A program made the translations under genes and the position numbers. From Alphaproteobacteria bacterium (GTDB lineage: Bacteria > Pseudomonadota > Alphaproteobacteria > SP197), in NCBI GenBank assembly GCA_965228895.1, contig OZ245842.1, positions 576,001 through 640,000 on the forward strand: DNA of 64,000 nucleotides, read 5' to 3'. The notes below the pieces were generated by a model, which searched no databases, was not told where the DNA came from, and saw only the letters and a program-made list of their open reading frames with translations. Position 1 is the stretch's first letter; each line of letters starts with the position of its first letter. Shown here in pieces: positions 1 through 9,909 of this stretch.

Positions 1-1
1 A

Positions 2-1756
2 TTGGTTCAGCAGGTCCGCTCCTTCCCGGTCGAGCGCTTCGTCGGTCAGGATGTCGTAGGACTGGCCACTTTCCTCGAGCCAATCAAGAATCAGCGTGTC
101 CGCGCCAAAATTCCATACGGACTTCCCTGGCGCCATGTCCACGATAGGTCGGTGCCGGGATGCGTGGCACACACCGCTGCCATCGCTGTGCAAATCGTAG
201 GTCGAGGCGCCGAGCTCCGGATGCATCTGCAGATACATCTGATTTTTGGACAAGGCCGCAAACCGGTTCATGGTCCGCTCAAGGAAGCGCCGGCGCTGTA
301 CGTGCGTGCCATCGTTGCCGTAGCACACATAGGTGGCGGTCGGCATCAAAACGGCCAGCTTCGAGCCCGGCTTGCCTTTGGCAGGCAGCACGAAGAAGGT
401 GGCGTAGGCGGACTTCTCGCCTTGACGGAATCGTCCGCAGTAGACCCCGCTCTTCCAGTCTGTTGGGATCGTCAGCGCGATGTCGTCGGCCCAGCCACAA
501 TCGACCACGTCGTCCTCGTGGAAGTGAATAGCGCCATAGTGCGCGGGATTGTCCGCCCATCGGTGCGCCGTTCCGTTCCATCGACTGCCTTTCATCGCCC
601 GGGTCGGTAGATTGACGGTGTGTCCGTGCCAGGCGTGGGGTGAGGTGTCGACGATCGCGGTCCCCGACGGGTCGCGCGAAAAATCCCAGGCCGCGACAAG
701 CGAGCCTTCTTCGCCGCGCGGGGATGAAAACAGCGCGGGCGCCTCCAACTTGCCGTTGAAGTGCGCGGTCATGGATCCGTCGGCGGCCTTCCACGCGCCG
801 ATGAAAAAATCATCGGGCTCGAGCGCTGGTCGGACATCGATCTGCTGCTCGGCGCACGCCTCGCGTAGAAGCAGATGGCCGGGTTCCAGGCAACGATGCG
901 ATACCAGAAGCTTGCCGCTAGCAGGCTCGTAGCTGGCCGTCGCTTCGTGCCAGTAGTCGAGCGGCAGCGGCTTGGTCGTCGAGACCGTGCAGACCTGACC
1001 GGGTCCGGCGCCGGCGACTACGCTGAGCCGCCCTGCCTCGTCCAGATACAAGGCAAACCCGGTTTCACGCCCTGAGTCCCAGGTGCCCACAAGCGATTGG
1101 GGTCGGCCGGTCTGAAGCGTCGGTTTGACGTTGATGCGAAGGCAAAACCCGTCGGGCGTCGCCGGACAAGGCTGTGTGAACGCGACATAAGAGCCGATCG
1201 AGGTCGACTGATCCCGCCCCTCGTACTCTCCGTCCGCCGCCGTGGCCGCCGGTGTCAGATGCTCACCCGGACCGTCCGGGTCAGCGACGGCGGAGCGGAC
1301 TTTGACGACGTCGAAGTGGTACTTCGAGCCAAGCTTGCCCGTTGACACCTTAAAGTTCACGACCTCTCCGGGGCGCACGTCCCAGCGGTCCGCATAGGCG
1401 AGCATCCGTTCGTCGACACACGGCTTCTGGGGTAGGCCGGCCAGCGCAATCTCGTCGCCCAATGGCAGTGTCTGGCCGGTCAGCATCTCCCAGCGTAGCT
1501 TGAACATCGCTCGCTGTGCGTCGGCATAGGTTTCGAAGTGCACGCCCTCGTAGACGCGGACCGGGTCACCTCGGCGGTCGCTCACGCAGCCAAGCCCATA
1601 TCCCCCGTCGTCCACTTCGACGATGACGTGCGCGTCGTCTACCGTGTCGGCCCGCATGATGGTCAGCAAGCGCTGCAGGCTGGGGCTATGTGGCCCGAGT
1701 GGGTTCTCGAAATATTCCTCGCACGGCGCCAAGTCTCTCGGATCGACATCTAACAT
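2..1756 (-). CDS. N,N-dimethylformamidase-like protein, small-subunit-like domain fused to large subunit (3' end outside window)
   Basis: Hand-translated open frame from ATG 1756 (GGGAGGG RBS upstream) to the edge: MLDVDPRD..NPLGPHSPSLQRLL..MFKLRWE, then YADRWDVRPGEVVNFKVS, HFNGKLEAP, AWDFS, VNLPTRAMKG, YGAIHFHEDD, PTATYVCYGN, STYDLHSDGSGV, YDILTDE. Missing from the ORF track because there is no stop in the window. Confidence 0.88.
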   Translation of the reverse strand, partial: MLDVDPRDLAPCEEYFENPLGPHSPSLQRLLTIMRADTVDDAHVIVEVDDGGYGLGCVSDRRGDPVRVYEGVHFETYADAQRAMFKLRWEMLTGQTLPLGDEIALAGLPQKPCVDERMLAYADRWDVRPGEVVNFKVSTGKLGSKYHFDVVKVRSAVADPDGPGEHLTPAATAADGEYEGRDQSTSIGSYVAFTQPCPATPDGFCLRINVKPTLQTGRPQSLVGTWDSGRETGFALYLDEAGRLSVVAGAGPGQVCTVSTTKPLPLDYWHEATASYEPASGKLLVSHRCLEPGHLLLREACAEQQIDVRPALEPDDFFIGAWKAADGSMTAHFNGKLEAPALFSSPRGEEGSLVAAWDFSRDPSGTAIVDTSPHAWHGHTVNLPTRAMKGSRWNGTAHRWADNPAHYGAIHFHEDDVVDCGWADDIALTIPTDWKSGVYCGRFRQGEKSAYATFFVLPAKGKPGSKLAVLMPTATYVCYGNDGTHVQRRRFLERTMNRFAALSKNQMYLQMHPELGASTYDLHSDGSGVCHASRHRPIVDMAPGKSVWNFGADTLILDWLEESGQSYDILTDEALDREGADLLNQ

Positions 1757-2120
1757 TAAACCCTCCCAGATTTTGTGGAGCGGCAGACGGCGGGCGAAGC
1801 CGGCCGCATCGTACGCCATTGCCGGCGCAACAACGGTCGAGATCGTGCAGGCCATCGCGACGCACACCATCCACGATCAGCGTACCGCCGTAACGCCTCT
1901 TGGTGTTGGACGAAGCGATCAGCACCACTCCATGTGCACCGGCGTTCCTCAGATAATCCCCCATAGCGGCGTTCACGATAGCCAAACAGGCCCCATTCAT
2001 CCTAAACCATGCATCGCAACGCCGTTCGTTGACATGGGTATTGGAGACCTGTTCGAAATCGGCAGCGCGTTCGGTTGTTTTCGCAGCCATTTTTTCGAGT
2101 GCCATCGGGGGAGTTGTCGG

Positions 2121-3221
2121 ATGCGGATCGTTGATGTGACGCCTTATCTGGTCGGGCCGAAACCTAGCTCGGATGGCTGGTCTACGGGTCAGATCGTTGT
2201 GTTTGTGAAGCTTGAAACGGACACAGGGCTCGTCGGTTGGGGTGAGGCCTACGCGCTATCCTACAGGGAGCGGGCAATCTGCGAGATCATCATCGCGTTG
2301 GGTGAAGCCTTGAAGCAGATGTCGGCCGCCACGCCGCGCGCCTTTTTGCACCAAGTCGCAAAACCCATGGACACCAAACACCCAGGCATCGACTACGCGT
2401 CGGCGGTAAGTGCCATCGAAATCGCGCTCTGGGACCTGGCCGGCAAGGCCGCGCGGATGCCCGTGCATGCACTGCTTGGCGGTGCCATCGTCGACAAGGT
2501 GCCGCTTTACGCCAACGCCTGGGACTCGCCGGTCCAAAGGCCTGAGGCCATTGCAGAACGATGCGCCATGATGCGCTCGCAGGGCTACCATGCCGTCAAG
2601 ATCTATCCCTTGCGCCAGCCCAGCCTCGCGGATGCTGAAGCTTGTGTCCGGTTGACCCGCGAAGCGGTCGGTTGGGACGCGGACATCATGCTCGATTTTG
2701 CCATCCAGCAAGACCCGCGCCACGCGCTTCATGCCGCGCGCCTGTTCGAACCTTACAGGCCCTACTGGATAGAAGAGCCGCTGGCCGGCGATGACTTTGA
2801 TGGCCTGGCCGAATTTCGCGCCAACACGAAAACGCGCATCACCACCGGCGAACGTCAGTCGGGTCTACGTCATTACCGCAGTGTTCTCGATAAGAGAGCG
2901 GCTGACGTGCTCAATCCTGATATTGCCGGGGCTGGCGGTATCCTGACGATGCTTGAAATCGGCGCCATGGCAGACTCCCACGCGGTGATGATCTCACCCC
3001 ATAGCTGGAACAGCACAACCGTCGCCTTTCTCGCCATGCTCCATACCTGCGCGGTGATGCGGAACGCGATCTACGCGGAGGTCTATTACGACTATCTGGA
3101 ACTGGGCGCGGATTACGCCAACTGTGACTATGCCATCGACAGCGGTTATGCCAGCCTGCCGCAAAAGCCAGGACTGGGCATCGAGATGAACGAGGATGCG
3201 CTGCGGTCGCTGGCTCCATGA
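2121..3221 (+). CDS. mandelate racemase/muconate lactonizing enzyme family (acid-sugar dehydratase-like)
   Basis: GLVGWGE, SAIEIALWDLAGK, metal ligands MLD/WIEEP/TGE, NPD, SPH. Start moved to ATG 2121 after GGGGAG. Confidence 0.9.
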   Translation: MRIVDVTPYLVGPKPSSDGWSTGQIVVFVKLETDTGLVGWGEAYALSYRERAICEIIIALGEALKQMSAATPRAFLHQVAKPMDTKHPGIDYASAVSAIEIALWDLAGKAARMPVHALLGGAIVDKVPLYANAWDSPVQRPEAIAERCAMMRSQGYHAVKIYPLRQPSLADAEACVRLTREAVGWDADIMLDFAIQQDPRHALHAARLFEPYRPYWIEEPLAGDDFDGLAEFRANTKTRITTGERQSGLRHYRSVLDKRAADVLNPDIAGAGGILTMLEIGAMADSHAVMISPHSWNSTTVAFLAMLHTCAVMRNAIYAEVYYDYLELGADYANCDYAIDSGYASLPQKPGLGIEMNEDALRSLAP

Positions 3222-3493
3222 CGCACTGTGCTCGACGACGAGCTTGGGGCAGGCGGGCAGACCGAACGATCCGCGAAGTATCCCGCAGGTTTGACCCATT
3301 GACCTGACGACGGCTTGCTGGTCGTCCGGCAAGACCAGCCCTGACGTTCGGGAGGACGATCCCGCCCACACGCCTTCAAGGGTCTTTCACCTGGACCGCA
3401 AGTCCGATCAGTATCATCGCCAACGCTGGCCGTGGACGCTTAGTATTAGACACCGTCAACGCGCATCGTACCGCCAGAACCGGGGAGAGAGAT

Positions 3494-4735
3494 ATGGAGT
3501 ACCGCGACGAGATCTACTTCGAGGCCCAGCCCGAACGGGAGGTGCCGTTCTCCGAGGACGAGTATGCCCAGCGCCTGACGCGCATTCGCCAGGCCATGGC
3601 CGAGGCAGGTATCGACTGCCTGTTCCTGAGCTCGCCGGAAAGTTTGTACTACGTCTCCGGCTACCGCTGTATGTGGTACCACACCGAAAGCCCGATCGAG
3701 TGGTCGGCGACGAACGGCATCGCGGTCCACGTCGACCACGATCGCTATATCCATTTCGAGACCGAGCGCGAGGCGGTGCTGACCCGCACGTTCACGGTCG
3801 ATACCGACACCCGCTATTTCCCCAAGGACAGTTACCGTGACGGCACGACCTTCATCGCCGAAGAGCTCAAGGCCGAAGGCTGGCTCAAGGGCAATGTGGG
3901 GCTCGAAATGTACGCGATGCGGCCCAACCGCGCGGTGTCGGACCGCTTCCAGGCGGCGTTCGAGGCCGCGGGCGCTAAGGTGATCGACGGCAGCGCGATC
4001 CTGCGCGACGTCCGCTGGGTCAAGTCGCCTGCCGAGATGGAGATGCTGAAGGAAAGCGCAAGGCTTGCCACGATCGGCCTGAAGCGCGCCATGGAGGTTC
4101 TCCGGCCCGGAGTCATGGAGCTTGAGGTCCAGGGTGAGGTGAATCTGGCGATGGCGAAGGCCGGCGGCGAAATGCAGGCCCAGATCATGCCCGTGCTCTC
4201 GGGCAAGAAATCGTTCGCGACCCACGGCTACACCACCCGGCGCAAGATGCAGGCGGGCGAAACCGTCTGCATCGATGTCTGCGGCGTGCACAATCGCTAT
4301 CACATCAATGGCGCGCGGACGTTCTCACTGGGTGAGCCCGCGAAAGACGTGAAAGACGTCACCGACCGGGCCGCGGCCGTGATGGACATCGTTCGCGACT
4401 GCCTGCGTCCAAACCTGCCGGTGCGCGAACTCAACGAAAAGGTGAAGGCGCACTACGACAAAGAGGAGCTGTGGACCTCCCGGGGCTGGATCGGCGGCTA
4501 CGAGATGGGCATCGGTTTTCCGTCGGATTGGGTCGGCAACTTTGTCTACGACCCCCTGGCCGAGAAGAACGCCGACCGGGTGTTCGAACCGGGCACCGCG
4601 GTCAACCACGAAATCCAGATCTTCATGCCGCGCCATGTCGGCCAGTTCTTCATGATCGAAAGTCTGCTCTTCGAGGAGGACAAGGCGAACTTTGCCACGC
4701 CGGAGATCCCCTACAACCTGATCGTCGTCGCGTGA
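3494..4735 (+). CDS. M24 (Xaa-Pro peptidase) fold hydrolase, ectoine hydrolase/creatinase-like
   Basis: FSEDEYAQRL N-domain, VKSPAE, ATHG, RYH..ART, GYEMGIGFP; GGGGAG RBS. Confidence 0.85.
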   Translation: MEYRDEIYFEAQPEREVPFSEDEYAQRLTRIRQAMAEAGIDCLFLSSPESLYYVSGYRCMWYHTESPIEWSATNGIAVHVDHDRYIHFETEREAVLTRTFTVDTDTRYFPKDSYRDGTTFIAEELKAEGWLKGNVGLEMYAMRPNRAVSDRFQAAFEAAGAKVIDGSAILRDVRWVKSPAEMEMLKESARLATIGLKRAMEVLRPGVMELEVQGEVNLAMAKAGGEMQAQIMPVLSGKKSFATHGYTTRRKMQAGETVCIDVCGVHNRYHINGARTFSLGEPAKDVKDVTDRAAAVMDIVRDCLRPNLPVRELNEKVKAHYDKEELWTSRGWIGGYEMGIGFPSDWVGNFVYDPLAEKNADRVFEPGTAVNHEIQIFMPRHVGQFFMIESLLFEEDKANFATPEIPYNLIVVA

Positions 4736-4949
4736 TGGGAGAGCGGGGCGTGCGCCGATCCGATAGGCGGAGGCAGGTGCGGCCCCTCTTTTGATGTCGT
4801 CTGTTCGCTAAGCTCTAGCTGAACTGACGGCCGGTTCGCACAGCGGTGCCTTCGGTTCCGCGCGGCGATGTCGGGCTGCTGCCGTTGTTGACTCCGTGCT
4901 GCGTCTCCTGACTGACAAGCTTTCCCGGCGCGGGGCGGCCTTGGTTTGC

Positions 4950-6926
4950 TTACGCCGCGTTCGGCCTCGACGTCTCGGAAAGCGCAGCCGTAGCCGCTTC
5001 GACCTCGACAAAGGTGTCGTTATAGGCGGGCTGGCCGCCGGCCGACCAGGATGACGGCGTCAGCATGTTGGCCAAGGCCGCGGTCTCGGCCGGCTCGCTC
5101 CACCATTTGCCGATCAACGTGACCGCTCCAGGACAGATGATGTCGCTGACGTTGAGCACGGCGCGTATCTCGCCGCGCTCGTTGCGGATGAGGACGTCCA
5201 GGCCGTCGATTAAACCGAGCCTATCGGCGTCAGCCGGGTTCATTTCCAGGGCCGGACGGCCCTGTGCCTTGCGATGGCGCGGCATGTTGGCGAAGCTCGA
5301 GTTGAGGAAGTAGTGGGACTTGGGCGTCAGCAATCGAAGACTGTCCGAGGCGAGCGGCTCCGGGTCGTCGCCGGCGAAGCGCAGGGTCGGTTCGCCTGCT
5401 GACGGGTCCGGGCGCGGTGGTGAAACCTTGTGCCAGCCGTCGGCTTTCAGCGCCTCCAAGGTCAAGCCCGGCGGCAAGGTGCAGGCGGCGATCTCTTCGT
5501 CGCCTTCACGATACGCGGGACCCTCAAGGCCCAATCGCGGCGCCAGCAGGCGCATGACGTCACCGTGGGATTTCGCCTCGCCCAGCGGCGCGATGGCCGG
5601 GTTGTTCACCGTCACGTAATGATGCCCCCACGCACCCAAGACGTCGAAATGCTCAAGCTGGGTGGTCGCCGGCAAGACGATATCGGCATAGCGCGCCGTA
5701 TCCGTCATGAAATGCTCGAGAACGACCGTGAACAAATCGTCGCGGCAGAGACCGCGCCGTACCCTTGCGGAGTCTGTTTGAATCACGGCGGGGTTCATGC
5801 ACCAGACCATCAGTCCCTTGATCGGCGGATCGAGATCGGTCAACGCCGGGCCTACGGCCGCGAGATCCACGCTGCGGGAAGGTCCAGGCAACAGGTCGTC
5901 GCGGCCGGCGGCGTACTCGTCGAACGCCGGCGCGTCGAACAAGAAAAGACCGCCGCCGGGAAGACGCCAATGGCCGCCCAACATGGCAAGCGCCGACAGC
6001 GAACGCACGAAAGCTTCACCGCGCACGGTCTGCTGGGGCGCGACGCCGGCGCGCAGCACGGCGGGTTTTGCGGCGGCAAATTCGCGCGCCAGGCGGATGA
6101 CGGTCCCGGCGTCGCAACCGCACGCGGCCGCCACGCGTTCCGGCGTCCAGGGTTCGACCTGGGCGCAAAAGGCGTCGAAGTCGGCGGCCGTCGCCTGGGC
6201 ATAGTCGAGATCGGCGAGGCCTTCGCGAAGCATCACATGGGCCATGCCCGCAGCCAGGATTGCGTCGCTGCCCGGCGTAATCGCAAGATGTTCGTCGCAC
6301 TGTTCCGCCGTGCGGCTGCGTCGCGGGTCGATGCAGATCACCCGCGTGCCGTGGCGCCGCCGGGCTTCCTTGATGAACCGCCAGTGGTGGTGGCAGGTCG
6401 ACAGCATGTTGACGCCCCACAGAATGATAAGGCGGCTGTCGACGATTTCCTCGGGGTCGAACCCTACGGGGTGGCCTTCCTCCCAGAGCGCACTCATGGA
6501 GGCGCCGCAGAGTTCGCCATGCAGCTGCGAAGCGCCCAGGCCGTGGAACAGGCGCATCAGCGCGTGCCGCTGAACCACCCCCATGGAACCCAGATAGAAA
6601 AGCGGCATCAATGCCTCGGGACCATCGCGTTCGATGATCGCCAAGAAACGCTCGGCGATGGTGTCCAGTGCCTCATCCCAGCTGATCTGCTCGAACGCGC
6701 CGCTGCCTTTGGCACCCGTACGACGCAGTGGATGGAGCAGCCGGTCCGGGGCATAGGTCCGCGACTGATAGTCGTTGACCTTGGCGCACAACACGCCACG
6801 GGTGATCGGATGGTCCTTGGCGCCCTCGACCCGTGTGACCCGGCCATCCTCGACATGCGCGGTCCAGGCACAGGTATCCTGGCAATCAAGCGGACAGCAG
6901 CCCTTGATCTGTCGCGTCTCGCCCAT
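4950..6926 (-). CDS. molybdopterin (Mo-bisPGD) oxidoreductase family protein
   Basis: CPLDCQDTC..C 4Fe-4S motif, RLLHPLRR, ADIVLPATT, C-terminal FLNSSF/MNPADA. Confidence 0.92.
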   Translation of the reverse strand: MGETRQIKGCCPLDCQDTCAWTAHVEDGRVTRVEGAKDHPITRGVLCAKVNDYQSRTYAPDRLLHPLRRTGAKGSGAFEQISWDEALDTIAERFLAIIERDGPEALMPLFYLGSMGVVQRHALMRLFHGLGASQLHGELCGASMSALWEEGHPVGFDPEEIVDSRLIILWGVNMLSTCHHHWRFIKEARRRHGTRVICIDPRRSRTAEQCDEHLAITPGSDAILAAGMAHVMLREGLADLDYAQATAADFDAFCAQVEPWTPERVAAACGCDAGTVIRLAREFAAAKPAVLRAGVAPQQTVRGEAFVRSLSALAMLGGHWRLPGGGLFLFDAPAFDEYAAGRDDLLPGPSRSVDLAAVGPALTDLDPPIKGLMVWCMNPAVIQTDSARVRRGLCRDDLFTVVLEHFMTDTARYADIVLPATTQLEHFDVLGAWGHHYVTVNNPAIAPLGEAKSHGDVMRLLAPRLGLEGPAYREGDEEIAACTLPPGLTLEALKADGWHKVSPPRPDPSAGEPTLRFAGDDPEPLASDSLRLLTPKSHYFLNSSFANMPRHRKAQGRPALEMNPADADRLGLIDGLDVLIRNERGEIRAVLNVSDIICPGAVTLIGKWWSEPAETAALANMLTPSSWSAGGQPAYNDTFVEVEAATAALSETSRPNAA

Positions 6927-7461
6927 TGTGCCTCCCTTTGCCCCAATCCGTCATTGGCGCTAATAGCCCGAAATGTCGTGCGACCTAGTCTGTCTTGGTG
7001 AAGAGCTTGCCATGCAGATTTACAGCATCCAATCACAAAGCAATGTCTGACCCCCGTGTCGTCGAACGTTCGCCATTGAATGCCTGTATGCACTGCTGAC
7101 CGGGAAACTTGGCAATGACCGGTTCGCCGCTCAGTTTGTCTGAATAGGTGTAACGCTTCTTGTCGCGTGATGCCGCCGTCTACAATCGCGCTCCCACGCA
7201 TCAGCACGTGATCTCGACATCCCGACAACCGTGTCGCATATGACAGAGCCTTCACTGGTGACGCGACATGACTCAGATCATTGCATGACGCCGAACATCC
7301 AGGACAGTAACGCATTCGCTGCGTTTGCCGTTGCGGCAAGAGCATGTGGACGAAGCCATCGCTGGTGGATCGATCAACCCATGACGCAAAGCTTGAGCGA
7401 TTATCTGGCTCGATGCGACGATGCTCATCCATCAACCTAGGTGTTTCGAGGTGGTGATCGC

Positions 7462-8802
7462 ATGAGCGCCTCGCGCGAACAATGGGGAAGCCGCTACGGC
7501 TTTGTGTTGGCCACCATCGGCGGCGCGGTCGGCATGGGTAACATATGGCGATTTTCCTACGTTGCCGGCGAGAACGGCGGTGCGGTCTTCCTTTTTATCT
7601 ATCTTGCCTTCGTGTTCCTGATCGGCGTTCCCTTGATGATCGCGGAGCTGTCGATCGGCCGTCACGCCCAAGGCGATGCCATCAGTGCGTATGAGACGGC
7701 GAACAAGACGCGTCGATGGCGTGTCGTCGGCTGGATAGGCATTCTGGCCGCTGTCATTCTCTTGAGCTACTACGCTGTTATTGCCGGCTGGGCGTTGAAG
7801 TACGTTGTCGGGGCATCAACCGGCGCCCTATGGCGTGCGACGGGGGCGGACTACGGCGGTTACTTCGAACAGTTTATCGCCCATCGTGGTGAACCAACGG
7901 CCTGGCAGGCGTGCGCGCTGACAATAACGGTCCTTGTTGTTGCCTGCGGCGTTCGGCAGGGGATCGAGCGTATCAATCGAATGCTGATCCCCATTCTTGC
8001 CGCCATCATAATTGTCCTTGCCGGCTACGCGCTTTCCCTGCCGGGATCAAGCGCGGGCGTCAGTTTTCTGCTCGCCCCCGACTGGACTGTTCTGCGGCAG
8101 CCAGGCGTCTATGCGGCGGCCCTGGGCCAAGCCTTTTTCACCCTGGGCATGGGCATGGCGTTTTTCGTGACCTACGGCAGTTACATGCCGCGGACCTTCT
8201 CAATACCTGCCTCTGCGGTGGTCATAGCTATTGGCGATACGCTGTTCGCGCTCATCGCGGGCTTGGCGATTTTCCCGGCGGTCTTCGCGTTGGGGGCCGA
8301 TCCTGCCGCAGGACCTGAACTGGCTTTCGTGACGTTGCCCCAGATCTTTCTCGAAATGCCCGGCGGCGATGTCGTCGGTGTCGTGTTCTTCCTGCTGCTC
8401 GCAACCGCCGCCATCACGTCGATGGTCGCCTTGCTCGAAATCCCGGTTTCGGCGCTGACTCAGCGTCTGCGGCTGCGGCGCTGGCGCGCGACGGTGGGTA
8501 TGGGTGTTGGCGTGTTCCTCCTCGGCTTGCCCTCGGCGCTGAGCTATGGCGTGCTCAGCCACGTCCACGTGGGATCATACGGCATTCTCGAAGCGATCGA
8601 CTATGGCGCGTCCAACATCCTTTTGCCCACGGCGGGTATTCTGACGGCGCTCTATGTCGGCTGGCGTCTGGAGCGCGCGTTCGTCTTGGACGAGGCGGAT
8701 TTCGGTAGGCGGCGGATCGGTGTCGTCTGGTTGTGGCTGGTGCGGGTTCTCGTTCCGGTGACCATACTGGGGATACTTCTGCAGTCGGCTGGGGCGCTCT
8801 GA
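7462..8802 (+). CDS. sodium-dependent transporter, NSS/SNF family
   Basis: REQWGSRYGF, GAVGMGNIWRF, ENGG, GQAFFTL, GPELAFVTLP; GAGGTGG RBS. Confidence 0.93.
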   Translation: MSASREQWGSRYGFVLATIGGAVGMGNIWRFSYVAGENGGAVFLFIYLAFVFLIGVPLMIAELSIGRHAQGDAISAYETANKTRRWRVVGWIGILAAVILLSYYAVIAGWALKYVVGASTGALWRATGADYGGYFEQFIAHRGEPTAWQACALTITVLVVACGVRQGIERINRMLIPILAAIIIVLAGYALSLPGSSAGVSFLLAPDWTVLRQPGVYAAALGQAFFTLGMGMAFFVTYGSYMPRTFSIPASAVVIAIGDTLFALIAGLAIFPAVFALGADPAAGPELAFVTLPQIFLEMPGGDVVGVVFFLLLATAAITSMVALLEIPVSALTQRLRLRRWRATVGMGVGVFLLGLPSALSYGVLSHVHVGSYGILEAIDYGASNILLPTAGILTALYVGWRLERAFVLDEADFGRRRIGVVWLWLVRVLVPVTILGILLQSAGAL

Positions 8803-8986
8803 GCCGATTGAAACCGTCGTGGTTCAATGACCCAAACAACCATCTTCGAAGATTGATGCCGGGGACCTTCGGTTCACGAGAAGTGGTGGCTACGGTCAGT
8901 CCAACTTAGTTCCGTGGGCAGACCTGCATCGGTGTTTCGCCCCTGCCGTGCATGCAACGGCAGTTGGTGTCGCTCGTTGGCTGCGT

Positions 8987-9835
8987 TCACCAGGCCTTGA
9001 CGGCCAAGACATCGCAGGGCGGGCTCCTGAGCAGGTCTTCGGCGACGCTGCCAAGAAGAGCATGGGCCGCACCCGTGCGGCCGTGCGTGCCGATAACGAG
9101 CAGGTCGGGCTTCAATCGATCGAGCTGCTGGTGAATGACCTCCCGCACCGTGCCTTCCTGCATGATGCGCTCGAACCTGGGCGACTCGGCTTCAAGACTG
9201 GCGAGGAACGAGGCCATCTCTTCTTCGATCATGTGTTCGAACGCGGCCTGATGCTGTTTGTCGACTTCCCGTCGCGTGTTGTGGCCATAGAGGAAACCCT
9301 TGAAGGGCACGTCATACGCATGAACGAGATGAAACTCGCCATTTGCTACGAACTTGACCGCGAACTCGATTGCGCGTCTGGAATAGACCGAGAAATCGAC
9401 ACCAACCATGATCCGGCGATAGGGGCCACTGTCACGTTCTTTCACGAGAAGGATGGGAACATCGCCGGCGCGGATGACGCGTTCGGCCGTGGTGCCCCGA
9501 AACATGTCCTTGAAAGCATCTTCACGATGGACACCCAGGACGATCAGGTCGGCGTCCGTATCTTCCGACAACTCGAGAATATCAACGTAGGCCCTGCCGA
9601 AAACGACCTTGATCGCGACGTTCGGTGCGTCGCCTGCCGTGAGTGTGGCGATGTGTTCTTGAATAGCCTGTTCGGCGGCGCGGTGCTGCGCATTGGCAAT
9701 TGACGCCGGCAAGTCTTCATCGATCACGTGGACGATGGTCAGGTCAGCGCCGCAATTCGAAGCCTGGCGTACGGCGCGCTCCAACGCCCGGTCAGAACGT
9801 GCCGATAGGTCCGTCGCCATCAAGATGTTTTTCAT
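8987..9835 (-). CDS. tandem universal stress protein
   Basis: Two Usp domains: ILMATDLS..GTTAERV and IMVGVDFS..GTHGRTG..LGSVAE. Confidence 0.93.
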   Translation of the reverse strand: MKNILMATDLSARSDRALERAVRQASNCGADLTIVHVIDEDLPASIANAQHRAAEQAIQEHIATLTAGDAPNVAIKVVFGRAYVDILELSEDTDADLIVLGVHREDAFKDMFRGTTAERVIRAGDVPILLVKERDSGPYRRIMVGVDFSVYSRRAIEFAVKFVANGEFHLVHAYDVPFKGFLYGHNTRREVDKQHQAAFEHMIEEEMASFLASLEAESPRFERIMQEGTVREVIHQQLDRLKPDLLVIGTHGRTGAAHALLGSVAEDLLRSPPCDVLAVKAW

Positions 9836-9909
9836 GCACGTCGCTCCCGTTGTTGTCGATTTGCTCTGCGTGCCGGTCCCAGCCAGAAGCCGCCGGCGCG
9901 CATCCGGTG

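Noticed and set aside
1623-2120. Long N-terminal extensions in the ORF track (also 15995-16429, 20176-20454, 23183-23383, 47862-48020)
   Set aside because: They overlap neighbours or promoters; downstream starts fit family length and RBS better
3285-3345. TPP riboswitch-like GACCCATTGACCTGA
   Set aside because: Lacks the CTGAGA motif and the downstream conserved stem
4738-4792. GC-rich hairpin plus TTTT after the M24 gene
   Set aside because: Plausible terminator, but the stem is imperfect with a long loop, so not called
6927-7461. Possible gene remnant in the 535-bp gap (minus-frame DKKRYTYSDKLSGEPVIAKF)
   Set aside because: Short, bounded by stops, no start or recognisable family
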